A stretch of DNA of 32,000 nt from Nitrosopumilus maritimus SCM1 (GCF_000018465.1 NC_010085.1:390001-422000); one strand, 5' to 3'. Shown: positions 18,301-24,518, counted from the stretch's first letter. A program made the numbers and translations. Notes: generated from the sequence alone by a model not told the origin.

Positions 18301-20613
18301 CACTCTAAACTATTGGCTACCTCAACACCTAGAATTACAGAATTTGGATTAATCGCAGGACATTATACACTTGAAACAACTTCGATCCCAGAAATATCTC
18401 ATTCTGGAAATATCCCTCCTAGAATAACATCTGCCAATGTTACATCTACTACTCAAATTGATATTGCTTTTGAACGAAACATAGATCGTAAATCTGTAAA
18501 ACCTGCTAATTTTGTTTTGACCGATCCATCCGCTACAATAAAGGGTGTAAAAACCACAAACAATGTAATAACTTTAAGACTAGATTCGGCAATCACATCT
18601 GGCCAAACCCCAACAATTGCAATTGCTGGTAATGCTGTCAAAGATACGGATGGAAACACTGTAGATAGTGTAACTGTTACTTCGGTTGACAAAGTTCCAC
18701 CAAAAGTAAAGAAAGCTTATGCTACAACAAAGTCTAGTATAGTGATTATATTTGACAAGAATGTTACTTCACAACTATCTGATTATTCCTCTCTACAAAT
18801 TCCAACAGGAACTTCCAAGACAATCTCTGGTCATACTGCTTCAGATAATGTGGTGACCTTAACAGTAAATTCTGCAGATATAACTGCACGTGCTCATGGC
18901 ACTATTACGATTTCATCTGGTCTGACTGACACAAATGGTAATTCATTTAACACTAACCACAATCCTGTATCTGTAATATCCAATATTGAGGAAGCTCCTG
19001 TAGAATTAGATGAAGATTTTACAGATTTGGTAATTACAACTGAAGAAATTGAAATTAAAGAAATTCTGGTCAAAACAAATGTCAAGGCAAAACTTGATCT
19101 TAGTAAATCTCCAACAAAAACTACCGTAACAGAAAACAGTGTAACTAAGAATAGAGTTCAAATTACAAATGAAATGAAAATCACTTCCTCAGATGGAACT
19201 GATGAAGAAGTTCAGATAGTTATTCCAAAAGATGTTTTGGTATCTGGTCCTCAAGATAAATTTACTGGCTCCATAGATTTACCTGAACCAAAGACAAACA
19301 ATTCATGTCCAATAAACCCTGATGGTAGTCAAATAGTAAGTTGTATTGCTATAGGATTGTCTGATGACGAATTAACTTTCAACAAGGCTGTAAAGATTAC
19401 AATTCCTGGCGAAGGTTCTTTGACACCTTATTACAGTACTGATAATACTACTTGGAATGCGATATCTACACTTTGTGATGCTGCTAACACTGCAGAAGTC
19501 AATGGAGTCTCAATATCTAGTGATGGTACAAGAGAATGTTACTTTGTAGATGGATCTGATATGATAATCTGGACTACTCACTTTACAGTATTTGGTACAT
19601 TATCCTCTACCTCGACTAGTTCTAGTTCAGGAGGGGGTTCCAGTGGTGATAATTCTGCTCCTTCTATAACTACTAGTATTGGACCTTCTATTACTGATAG
19701 TGGTCTTGGAGGAATTATAGGAAATACTGATCAACCATTAGTTCCTGGAGCAGAAATCAAAAACTATCCACTTGTATTTGATGGAATTGGCTATGATGAG
19801 AATAGCTTTAATTCTGTTCATACTGCAGTCATTGAAACAGAGCAACCCTTGAATGTAATTTTGAGTCTTTATGAAAATTCAGGTGCTCAAAATATTGAAC
19901 ATGTAGAAATGTATGTCAATCATTTCGGTCCTAGAGTCCTTAATGACAGAACTGAGACTGCTATTATCTATGACAAATTTACTGGCATTGAAATTCTTGA
20001 CCCATATGGTCTAATTTCTGATGCGACTGTATTGCCTACACTTTTAGATACTCAATCTCAATTTTATTTCCAAGTGTTCTTTGAAGAAGAAATTGAACAA
20101 TCTGATGTCTTGTTTAGAGTATGGGACAAAAATAGAAATTCAGTTGAATTACATTTGTCTGATGCATTAATGGTGGTAAAAGGAGAATCATCCTCTGAAG
20201 AACGCAATGTCACTGAGTCCGGAATTGTCTCTCCAACAGACCCATCAGAATCTGAAATTGTCTCTCCAGCAGACCCATCAGAATCTGAAATTGTCTCTCC
20301 AGCAGACCCATCAGAATCTGAAATCATATCTACAGAACTTCCACCTGAATCAGAAAAAATTAAAATCCCATCTGAACCTGAACTTGGAACGTATGTAGGA
20401 ATTCCTATGGACCCAGAACCTGGTATTGATGTAAACTTGCAGATGGACCCAGAACCTGGTATTGATGTAAACTTGCAGATGGACCCAGAACCTGGTATTG
20501 ATGTAAACTTGCAGATGGACCCAGAACCTGGTATTGATGTAAACAAACCAAAATCTTTGTTGGATTCAATATCTGAATTCTTTGAGGTTCTCACAAAACT
20601 GTTGAAATTCTAA
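12319..20613 (+). CDS. Giant (~2,764 aa) N-terminally membrane-anchored surface protein: 3 hydrophobic segments, two 7-repeat propeller-like blocks, ~1,000-aa N-X-S/T-rich repeat stalk, two Ig-like domains, Cys-containing globular domains, acidic C-terminal micro-repeats
   Basis: A single uninterrupted frame of 8.3 kb in stop-rich AT-rich DNA. The first ATG is at 12319 (the track used TTG at 12268, which lies inside a promoter palindrome). Domain calls come from internal repeats read in the translation. Confidence 0.85.
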   Translation: MKWEIPLLVSFVFLLGIFSSFPVVDSNFTIDENGLKHYVLTPEKNISSFDVVATSLSKYNREVDFDEQDPYFVFFLFVLLLVLLYRSNFVLQVKQSVLKTFASDYINLFLKNNFAQTLFSENKINLKEIFVILSSSNTKLQNNSTVLYRNCSNVLINSKKFFVSKKIIVVLLLFVVLIVPVYNHAYAASGDITKSLVDSFEFDNQAGSYPDIIQIDSNTFAISYQGQGSGVLSGYIQTFDIDSLGNISSLNTLQFDPDAIVYTELVAVDSDTFAIVYRSTDADGFIHTVDITGAGVITNGTNYEFDTTAGTDPQIVAVDSDTFAVVNQGGGADGWLRTLNISSDGLTISEEDSFEFDTNEGRDNDIIQVDSDTFLIVYRGVEADGFAKTINISTDGTINSVEDTLEFEPTFDAYHNAIAQVDSDTFVVAYRDIDSDGRLATLDVTSSGSITLVETYEYDTNTAQHPDIKRLDDKSFVIAYQGAGSDGFIKTIPITASGNIGTVTDTYEFDTGNGRFPSIISIDGNTVAIASRGGGNDGFLDTIFIDVELAGTDTPSFVEVDDSSKTAIIMASSTPVVVSEGLNSINPELFPASTVNPTHGFEMGIYASSTPIPAHEVTISTIKTNDTFEFDTADAETPDLVQVDTDTFAVVYKGTDNDGFIKTVDITSTGTITDTGNSLEFDTADGWTPNIVPVDTDTFAVVYNGTDSDGFVKTLNISGVGAITDTGNSLEFDIADGLYPDIVAVDSDTFAIVYTGTDTDGFIKTLNISGVGAITDTGNSLEFDTGTGIFPDILAVDSDTFVISYTGNGNDGFVKTVDITGAGVISSVIDTLEFDTSTAYETSLVKIDDDTFAVAYRGPGSDGFVKTFDIDSSGNINNSITDSLEFDTGNGREPDMVSLGSGNYGIAYRGNSNDGFFVIVTIDDAGNIGNSVVESLEYNTSNGYFPSLIGVDLNTFAIAHRGNAEDGFITTIDTSNELAFSDSDTLDVVESVDLIKKYAIFGTSAPIFEHSVITTGNSIIDDANSTPLVVSSAITLKGYFLNANSTPNVSDSGNTVAQYTRTASDILDVAEQNTEFKNYTISNSTTPDIVSSGIISFSLSANSTPLLTSNATSSADISSNSTPLLSSNATTVAMFVLDPSTIPSVSSTATVAFTLSANSTPLLTSNATSSADISSNSTPVLSSNATSTVMRILNATSIPSLFSNATSSADISSNSTPVLSSNATSTVMRILNATSIPSLFSNATSSADISSNSTPVLSSNATSTVMRILNATSIPSLFSNATSSADISSNSTPVLSSNATSTVMRILNATSIPSLFSNATSSADISSNSTPVLSSNATSTVMRILNATSIPSLFSNATSSADISSNSTPVLSSNATSTVMRILNATSIPSLFSNATSSADISSNSTPVLSSNATSTVMRILNATSIPSLFSNATSSADISGSSTPFLSSNATSTVMRILNATSIPSLFSNATSSADISSNSTPVLSSNATSTVMRILNATSIPSLFSNATSSADISGSSTPFLSSNATVSLSGSSTPFLSSNATSTGMFDISSNSTPFLSSNATVSLSGSSTPFLSSNATSTVMRILNATSEPVISSNATTVAMFNLNATSIPSLFGNATVSLSGSSTPVLSSNATYGTLVASANTTPFLSSNATVSLSGSSTPFLSSNATSTVMHILSANSSPVVSSNAITTGMFNISANSTPVLSSNATSTVMRILNATSEPVLSDDAQITGMFNISANSTPVLSSNATSTVMRILNATSEPVLSDDAQITGMFNISANSTPVLSSNATSTVMRILNATSEPVLSDDAQITGMFNISANSTPVLSSNATSTVMRILNATSEPVLSDDAQITGMFNISANSTPVLSDNAQVTGMFTINANSTPVLSDNAQVTGMFTINANSTPVLSDNAQVTGMFTINANSTPVLSDNAQVTGMFTINANSTPVLSDNATSDTVFALLTSDAPSLTESIDQIERYAINAIDVPVISESVGKPKHSKLLATSTPRITEFGLIAGHYTLETTSIPEISHSGNIPPRITSANVTSTTQIDIAFERNIDRKSVKPANFVLTDPSATIKGVKTTNNVITLRLDSAITSGQTPTIAIAGNAVKDTDGNTVDSVTVTSVDKVPPKVKKAYATTKSSIVIIFDKNVTSQLSDYSSLQIPTGTSKTISGHTASDNVVTLTVNSADITARAHGTITISSGLTDTNGNSFNTNHNPVSVISNIEEAPVELDEDFTDLVITTEEIEIKEILVKTNVKAKLDLSKSPTKTTVTENSVTKNRVQITNEMKITSSDGTDEEVQIVIPKDVLVSGPQDKFTGSIDLPEPKTNNSCPINPDGSQIVSCIAIGLSDDELTFNKAVKITIPGEGSLTPYYSTDNTTWNAISTLCDAANTAEVNGVSISSDGTRECYFVDGSDMIIWTTHFTVFGTLSSTSTSSSSGGGSSGDNSAPSITTSIGPSITDSGLGGIIGNTDQPLVPGAEIKNYPLVFDGIGYDENSFNSVHTAVIETEQPLNVILSLYENSGAQNIEHVEMYVNHFGPRVLNDRTETAIIYDKFTGIEILDPYGLISDATVLPTLLDTQSQFYFQVFFEEEIEQSDVLFRVWDKNRNSVELHLSDALMVVKGESSSEERNVTESGIVSPTDPSESEIVSPADPSESEIVSPADPSESEIISTELPPESEKIKIPSEPELGTYVGIPMDPEPGIDVNLQMDPEPGIDVNLQMDPEPGIDVNLQMDPEPGIDVNKPKSLLDSISEFFEVLTKLLKF
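12913..13970 (+). repeat. Seven tandem ~51-aa repeats (propeller-like block 1)
   Basis: Consensus .[FY]EFDT..G..P.I..VDSDTFA[IV]VY.G...DGF.KT..I...G.I, counted 7 times before a linker. Confidence 0.7.
14198..15245 (+). repeat. Seven tandem ~51-52-aa repeats (propeller-like block 2)
   Basis: Same consensus, 7 copies. Copies 2-4 share long identical DNA stretches (for example ...ttaaaaccttaaatattagtggagtaggtgcgatcactgacactggaaactcc at about 14453 and 14609, 156 nt apart). Confidence 0.7.
15811..16836 (+). repeat. In-frame tandem array, 114-nt (38-aa) period, 9 units, first 7 apparently identical
   Basis: The unit SNATSSADISSNSTPVLSSNATSTVMRILNATSIPSLF starts at 15811, 15925, 16039 and so on (period verified at several points). 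Unit 8 carries the GSSTPFL variant. Confidence 0.9.
17401..17880 (+). repeat. In-frame tandem array, 120-nt (40-aa) period, 4 units
   Basis: The unit MFNISANSTPVLSSNATSTVMRILNATSEPVLSDDAQITG repeats at 17401, 17521, 17641 and 17761. The only difference I noticed is a synonymous agt/agc change. Confidence 0.9.
17901..18167 (+). repeat. In-frame tandem array, 60-nt (20-aa) period, ~4.4 units
   Basis: The unit NSTPVLSDNAQVTGMFTINA. The lines at 17941, 18001 and 18061 are identical 60-mers. Confidence 0.9.
18415..18980 (+). other. Two consecutive Ig-like (bacterial Big_5/SbsA-like) domains within the giant ORF
   Basis: Pattern ...ITSANVTSTTQIDIAFERNIDRKSVKPANFVLTD...ITLRLDSAI...IAIAGNAVKDTDGNTV, then a second copy, KKAYATTKSSIVIIFDKNV...VTLTVNSADI...ITISSGLTDTNGNSF. 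Recognised by eye only. Confidence 0.5.
20227..20325 (+). repeat. 33-nt x3 in-frame micro-repeat (VSP[TA]DPSESEI)
   Basis: Read directly; units start at 20227, 20260 and 20293. Confidence 0.85.
20407..20546 (+). repeat. 36-nt x~3.9 in-frame micro-repeat (MDPEPGIDVNLQ)
   Basis: Read directly; units start at 20407, 20443, 20479 and 20515. Confidence 0.85.
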
Positions 20614-20756
20614 GTTTGTGAAAATAAGATATGGATAAACTGGTAGTTGACATCTTGTTATCCCTATATTGTGAATTCGTTAATGAATTTGGTTACAAAA
20701 ATCACGTGCTTAAAAAATGACAAATCGCATTTAAATAATGCCGATGGTCCTTACTG

Positions 20757-21020
20757 ATGATGAATAGTAGGACTGGAATCTTTGTTGGACTTGCAATCGC
20801 AGTATCTGTTGGAATTGCATTTGCAGCTTCATATTCTTCTGTGAATACATCTGACTCTGAAAAATTTGAATCAGTTGTAGATATGACCGTTGAACCTAGC
20901 AGTCCTCATATTGATGATGGTGCACTTGTTGGTATTGAAAATGAAAATTATGCTGTAAATGAAGATGGTAAACGTCATTATACTTTAGTGGCAGAAACAT
21001 CTCCTGTAGTTTCTCCTTAA
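20757..21020 (+). CDS. Small N-anchored protein S2 with C-terminal VNEDGKRHYTLVAETSP motif
   Basis: Paralog of S1 (shared N-terminus and C-terminal motif). A TTTAAATA box lies about 20-27 nt upstream of the ATG. Confidence 0.65.
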   Translation: MMNSRTGIFVGLAIAVSVGIAFAASYSSVNTSDSEKFESVVDMTVEPSSPHIDDGALVGIENENYAVNEDGKRHYTLVAETSPVVSP

Positions 21021-21034
21021 ATATAGTCTAAAAG

Positions 21035-21481
21035 TTATGACTTAGAATCTGTTATTTCTTCCCATGGTGAAACAAAATATTCGTATTTGTTTGGGTGTTT
21101 TGGTGATTCTTCTACCACAAACCAAACATTGAGTCTAGATTTGTCTCCCTCTAATAGATCACATGGTATTGATAATGTTTCATCATTTCTATCATACTTT
21201 AGTTCTTCAATGATATTTTCAGATTTTACAAAATATTGATGGTCGACTATCTTATCAAAATTTTTAGCAGAAACTATACAATTGTCGTTCTCTGTATCTA
21301 AAATTTCAATTGGGATGGATGAACGAACAATATTTCTTTCAATCACTTCCTCCCAAACAACTGGTGTGTATTGGTTAAAGAACAAAAACACAAGACTATT
21401 TTCATTTGTAGCAAAAATCAAAATTAATCCCGCTGCTATTGCCAATCCTATTAAGACGATTTTGTCATTTTTTGAGCTCAA
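21035..21481 (-). CDS. N-terminally anchored hypothetical protein (148 aa)
   Basis: MSSKNDKIVLIGLAIAAGLILIF is a TM segment followed by a ~115-aa soluble domain with 2 Cys. No motif recognised. Confidence 0.55.
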   Translation of the reverse strand: MSSKNDKIVLIGLAIAAGLILIFATNENSLVFLFFNQYTPVVWEEVIERNIVRSSIPIEILDTENDNCIVSAKNFDKIVDHQYFVKSENIIEELKYDRNDETLSIPCDLLEGDKSRLNVWFVVEESPKHPNKYEYFVSPWEEITDSKS

Positions 21482-21534
21482 CGTACTGTCCTCTTACTTG
21501 GTACTAATAAAAATATAAAAAAAATGTATTTTGA

Positions 21535-22170
21535 CTAAGTTCCATCTGACTGTAGATTAAATGTGTATGTGATATCTACTGTCTCACCACTTGCTAAAGT
21601 AACATCTGATGTGTCAACTACAGCAAACAATGTTGTTGTACAATCACGAACATCATTATCTGAAGAGTCTGCATCACAAATTCCTATTGCTTCAACAGTG
21701 CTGCCTGCAAATAGGTTGTTACCAGTACCAGTACCTGCTGTAAATGTTAATGGTCCTATTGTTGCAATTTGAGAAGTACTGTCAACAGAACCATCTGTTT
21801 TACAGTTTTCTTCATCATCAGCACCACCTTCTGCTGCATCATGGTCTGTGTTGAATGTAGTGTTTGAGGTTGATTCAGCATATGATTCTGCAGCTGTTGC
21901 AGTTGTAAGGCAGATTGCACCAATTTGTGTAGCGTCAGTACCAATATCTGTTACTCCGGTAAATGCATTAGCAATTAGAAGATCTTCACCTTCATCAAAC
22001 AATTGATTGTGTACTGTTTGTGAAAGCATTTCATTTCCATTTGCATCGTGATATGTCATTGTGGCTTGTCCGTATAGGTTAAAGCCATCGTTAGTCATTG
22101 ATTGTGTTCCTGCGGGAATTACTAGAATTGCAATTAATCCTAGTAGTCCCATAGAAGCTATCTTGTACAT
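21535..22170 (-). CDS. Secreted 4-Cys protein P2 (211 aa), paralog of P1
   Basis: Signal peptide MYKIASMGLLGLIAILVIPAG. Blocks conserved with P1: DANGN, VHN.L.D.GE, TQIGAIC, NCK.D.SV, GPLTF.AG, IGIC, DTSDVTL.SGETV.ITYTF. Confidence 0.75.
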   Translation of the reverse strand: MYKIASMGLLGLIAILVIPAGTQSMTNDGFNLYGQATMTYHDANGNEMLSQTVHNQLFDEGEDLLIANAFTGVTDIGTDATQIGAICLTTATAAESYAESTSNTTFNTDHDAAEGGADDEENCKTDGSVDSTSQIATIGPLTFTAGTGTGNNLFAGSTVEAIGICDADSSDNDVRDCTTTLFAVVDTSDVTLASGETVDITYTFNLQSDGT

Positions 22171-22212
22171 TAAACAAAAAACTTGTACTGTTGTTAATAT
22201 AGTTAATTTCTA

Positions 22213-22230
22213 TTTCCCATTGATGGAAAA
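22213..22230. promoter_or_regulatory. Inverted repeat TTTCCCA-TTGA-TGGAAAA (site 3, one arm mismatch)
   Basis: It lies 43-60 nt upstream of the P2 ATG, the same position relative to the shared TATA 11-mer as site 1 at P1. Confidence 0.45.
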
Positions 22231-22262
22231 ATCCAATCTGTGGCTAAAAATTATTTTTCAAA

Positions 22263-22284
22263 TATTTCCCAACATTGGGAAATA
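22263..22284. promoter_or_regulatory. Inverted repeat TATTTCCCA-ACAT-TGGGAAATA (site 4, perfect 9-bp arms)
   Basis: Read directly. It sits in the P2/kinase divergent region, 85-106 nt upstream of the kinase ATG. Confidence 0.5.
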
Positions 22285-22368
22285 CTTCTGAGTTTAATTT
22301 TGAAAAATATGTTTCATTTTTTTTGAAAAATAATTCAAGATAAATAACATTGATGTAGATTTTTTTTA

Positions 22369-24171
22369 ATGAAAATAAAGTCAAAACTATTTTTTGGTTT
22401 TGCAGTAGTTGTATCAATCACATTATTTTTAGGAATATTGACAAACTCTCAATCAAATATTGCGTCAGATGATTTCAAATCCATTGCCGAACGCGATCTT
22501 TTAGTTATACAAAATGCTGAAAAACTACAAAGACTTGCTGTAGATTCTGAGAATGGTCAAAGAGGATTTATCATTACTGGCAATGAATCATTTCTGGAAC
22601 CATACAATAGAGGTGTAGATGAATTCTTTGTTTTACTTGAAGAAGAAAAAAACCTGGTGTCTTACAATCCATCACAAGTAGAAAAATTAGAACATATTTC
22701 TCAACTATTTTCTGATTGGATAGAATCTGCTGGTTCTCCTGAAATTGAACTTGCAAGACAAATCCATTCTTCCCAAGATGATGCTCTGGAATCCATATTG
22801 TCTAATGAATCTGATATAATTTTAGATGAAATATATCAAATAATTTTGTTATTGGAAGGAAATTTACGAGATTCTGAAAATGTGGATGGATTTTTGCTAC
22901 TTGGAAAAATCAAGGCAGATATCTATGATACTGAGGTATCTCAACGAGAATATTTGATCTCAGGAAACGAAGATTTTCTTGTCTCATTTAATAGTGTCAA
23001 AATAGAATTACGTGAAAATATTCAGAATTTAGAAAATATTCTAAAAGATGATGAAGAGAACCTCCAGTTGATTTACTCCATTGGTAAACTATATCAAAAA
23101 TGGGATCAAGAAGTCGTTTATCCCAACATTGAGTCTAGAAGAAATATTGTCGAAAATTACAATTTGAATGAAGCCTCAATCCTACTTGAAAAAGAAACTG
23201 GAAAGAGAATTCTTGATGAGATAAGAACGGAATTTTCTGAATTTATTCAAATTGAAAATGAAAACACACAACAACGATTGGAAAACTCTTTGAATAATCA
23301 AGAACTTGTTCGAAATGTAATCATTATTGTGCTTGTTGCTAGTGTCGTATCTGCAGTGGTTTTGGCATTTCTTATCCTAAATTCTGTTTTAAACCCTTTA
23401 TCAAAATTAGAAAAAGTCATTCAACAGTTCAAAGAAGGAGATTATGCCCAAAAAATAGATATCAATTCTAATGATGAATTGGGAGATTTTTCAAAATCAT
23501 TTGATGCGATTAGAGAAATTTTAATCAAAAAAGAAAAACTCAAAAACATTGGTGAGCTGGCAACTCGACTCGCTCATGATTTGCGAAATCCCCTAGCTGT
23601 TATTCAGGGTGCAGTAAATTTGATGAAAACTGATTTGCAAGAAAAAGATGAAAGTCTTGATAAACGCTTTAGAATGATTGATGCGGCAATTTTGAGAATG
23701 ACTCATCAAATCAATGACGTAATGGATTTTGTACGAGTTTCAAATCTTCAAATCGAAACTCATTCCTTATTGGAACTCTTACAGTCCTCCATATCTAGAA
23801 CAACTAAAAATGATTCAATTACAATTGAATTGCCTGAAAACGACATAAAACTACGATGTGATGCCCATAAACTGGATATTTTGTTTGTAAATTTACTATC
23901 TAACGCAATTGATGCTGTTAAAGAAAATGGAACAATCAAAATCCGCTTTTTTGATGAAACGTCTCATGTGAAGATAGAGCTTGAAGACTCTGGATCTCCA
24001 ATCCCTCCTAACATTCTTGAAGAAATGTTTGAACCATTGTTTACTACAAAACAAGTTGGTACTGGTTTAGGGCTTGCAAGCTGTAAAAATATTGTAGAAC
24101 AACATCGTGGTGAAATTTCAGCAAAAACCAATCCTACTGTCATATCTCTAACTTTATCAAAGACTCTGTAA
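22369..24171 (+). CDS. Sensor histidine kinase: TM - extracellular CHASE3-like domain - TM - HAMP - HisKA - HATPase_c
   Basis: CHASE3-type signature ENGQRGFIITGNESFLEPY (with a second half, SQREYLISGNEDFLVSF). Second TM IIIVLVASVVSAVVLAFLIL. H-box LATRLAHDLRNPL, N-box LLSNAIDAV, G-boxes EDSGSPIP and GTGLGLASC. Confidence 0.9.
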   Translation: MKIKSKLFFGFAVVVSITLFLGILTNSQSNIASDDFKSIAERDLLVIQNAEKLQRLAVDSENGQRGFIITGNESFLEPYNRGVDEFFVLLEEEKNLVSYNPSQVEKLEHISQLFSDWIESAGSPEIELARQIHSSQDDALESILSNESDIILDEIYQIILLLEGNLRDSENVDGFLLLGKIKADIYDTEVSQREYLISGNEDFLVSFNSVKIELRENIQNLENILKDDEENLQLIYSIGKLYQKWDQEVVYPNIESRRNIVENYNLNEASILLEKETGKRILDEIRTEFSEFIQIENENTQQRLENSLNNQELVRNVIIIVLVASVVSAVVLAFLILNSVLNPLSKLEKVIQQFKEGDYAQKIDINSNDELGDFSKSFDAIREILIKKEKLKNIGELATRLAHDLRNPLAVIQGAVNLMKTDLQEKDESLDKRFRMIDAAILRMTHQINDVMDFVRVSNLQIETHSLLELLQSSISRTTKNDSITIELPENDIKLRCDAHKLDILFVNLLSNAIDAVKENGTIKIRFFDETSHVKIELEDSGSPIPPNILEEMFEPLFTTKQVGTGLGLASCKNIVEQHRGEISAKTNPTVISLTLSKTL

Positions 24172-24188
24172 TTGATAGGTTTGGGACT

Positions 24189-24422
24189 TTAGGCATTTTC
24201 AGACAATTTTCTGATATGGCTTTTTATTGATTGCTCACTTGCCAGATTTAATGCTCTTTGCAACTCTTTTTGATATGCTTCAACATTTTTCTGATTTCCT
24301 TTAATTATCTCACATTCTTCAACTAGTGGCAGTGACTGAAAATTCTTGTATTGTTCATATGTGACGGTACAAGTATAATGATTGTCTTCCTCTTTGAATC
24401 TATATTTTATTTTAAATGCCAT
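24189..24422 (-). CDS. Small hypothetical protein (77 aa), tandem paralog of 24519..24758
   Basis: Shared pattern [IR]KY[RK]FK....Y.C.VTY.QY.NF..L....ECEI. Confidence 0.55.
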   Translation of the reverse strand: MAFKIKYRFKEEDNHYTCTVTYEQYKNFQSLPLVEECEIIKGNQKNVEAYQKELQRALNLASEQSIKSHIRKLSENA

Positions 24423-24518
24423 AACATATGAGCCTCATATTAACATATTTAGTTTCGCTATTAATTAACTTGTGCTATTAATTATACTTGCACTTTATTC
24501 TTTTTTTTGAGAATGTAG

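Noticed and set aside
20064-20594. Antisense ORF 20064..20594 (176 aa) and the +frame ORF 20207..20398 over the C-terminal micro-repeats
   Set aside because: These are repeat-generated shadow ORFs overlapping the giant gene and have no independent start or promoter signals.
11560-22170. P1/P2 as template/variable repeat pair of a diversity-generating retroelement
   Set aside because: There is no reverse transcriptase gene in the window. Differences between P1 and P2 are spread over the whole length and involve all residue types, not adenine-specific substitutions in a short C-terminal tract.
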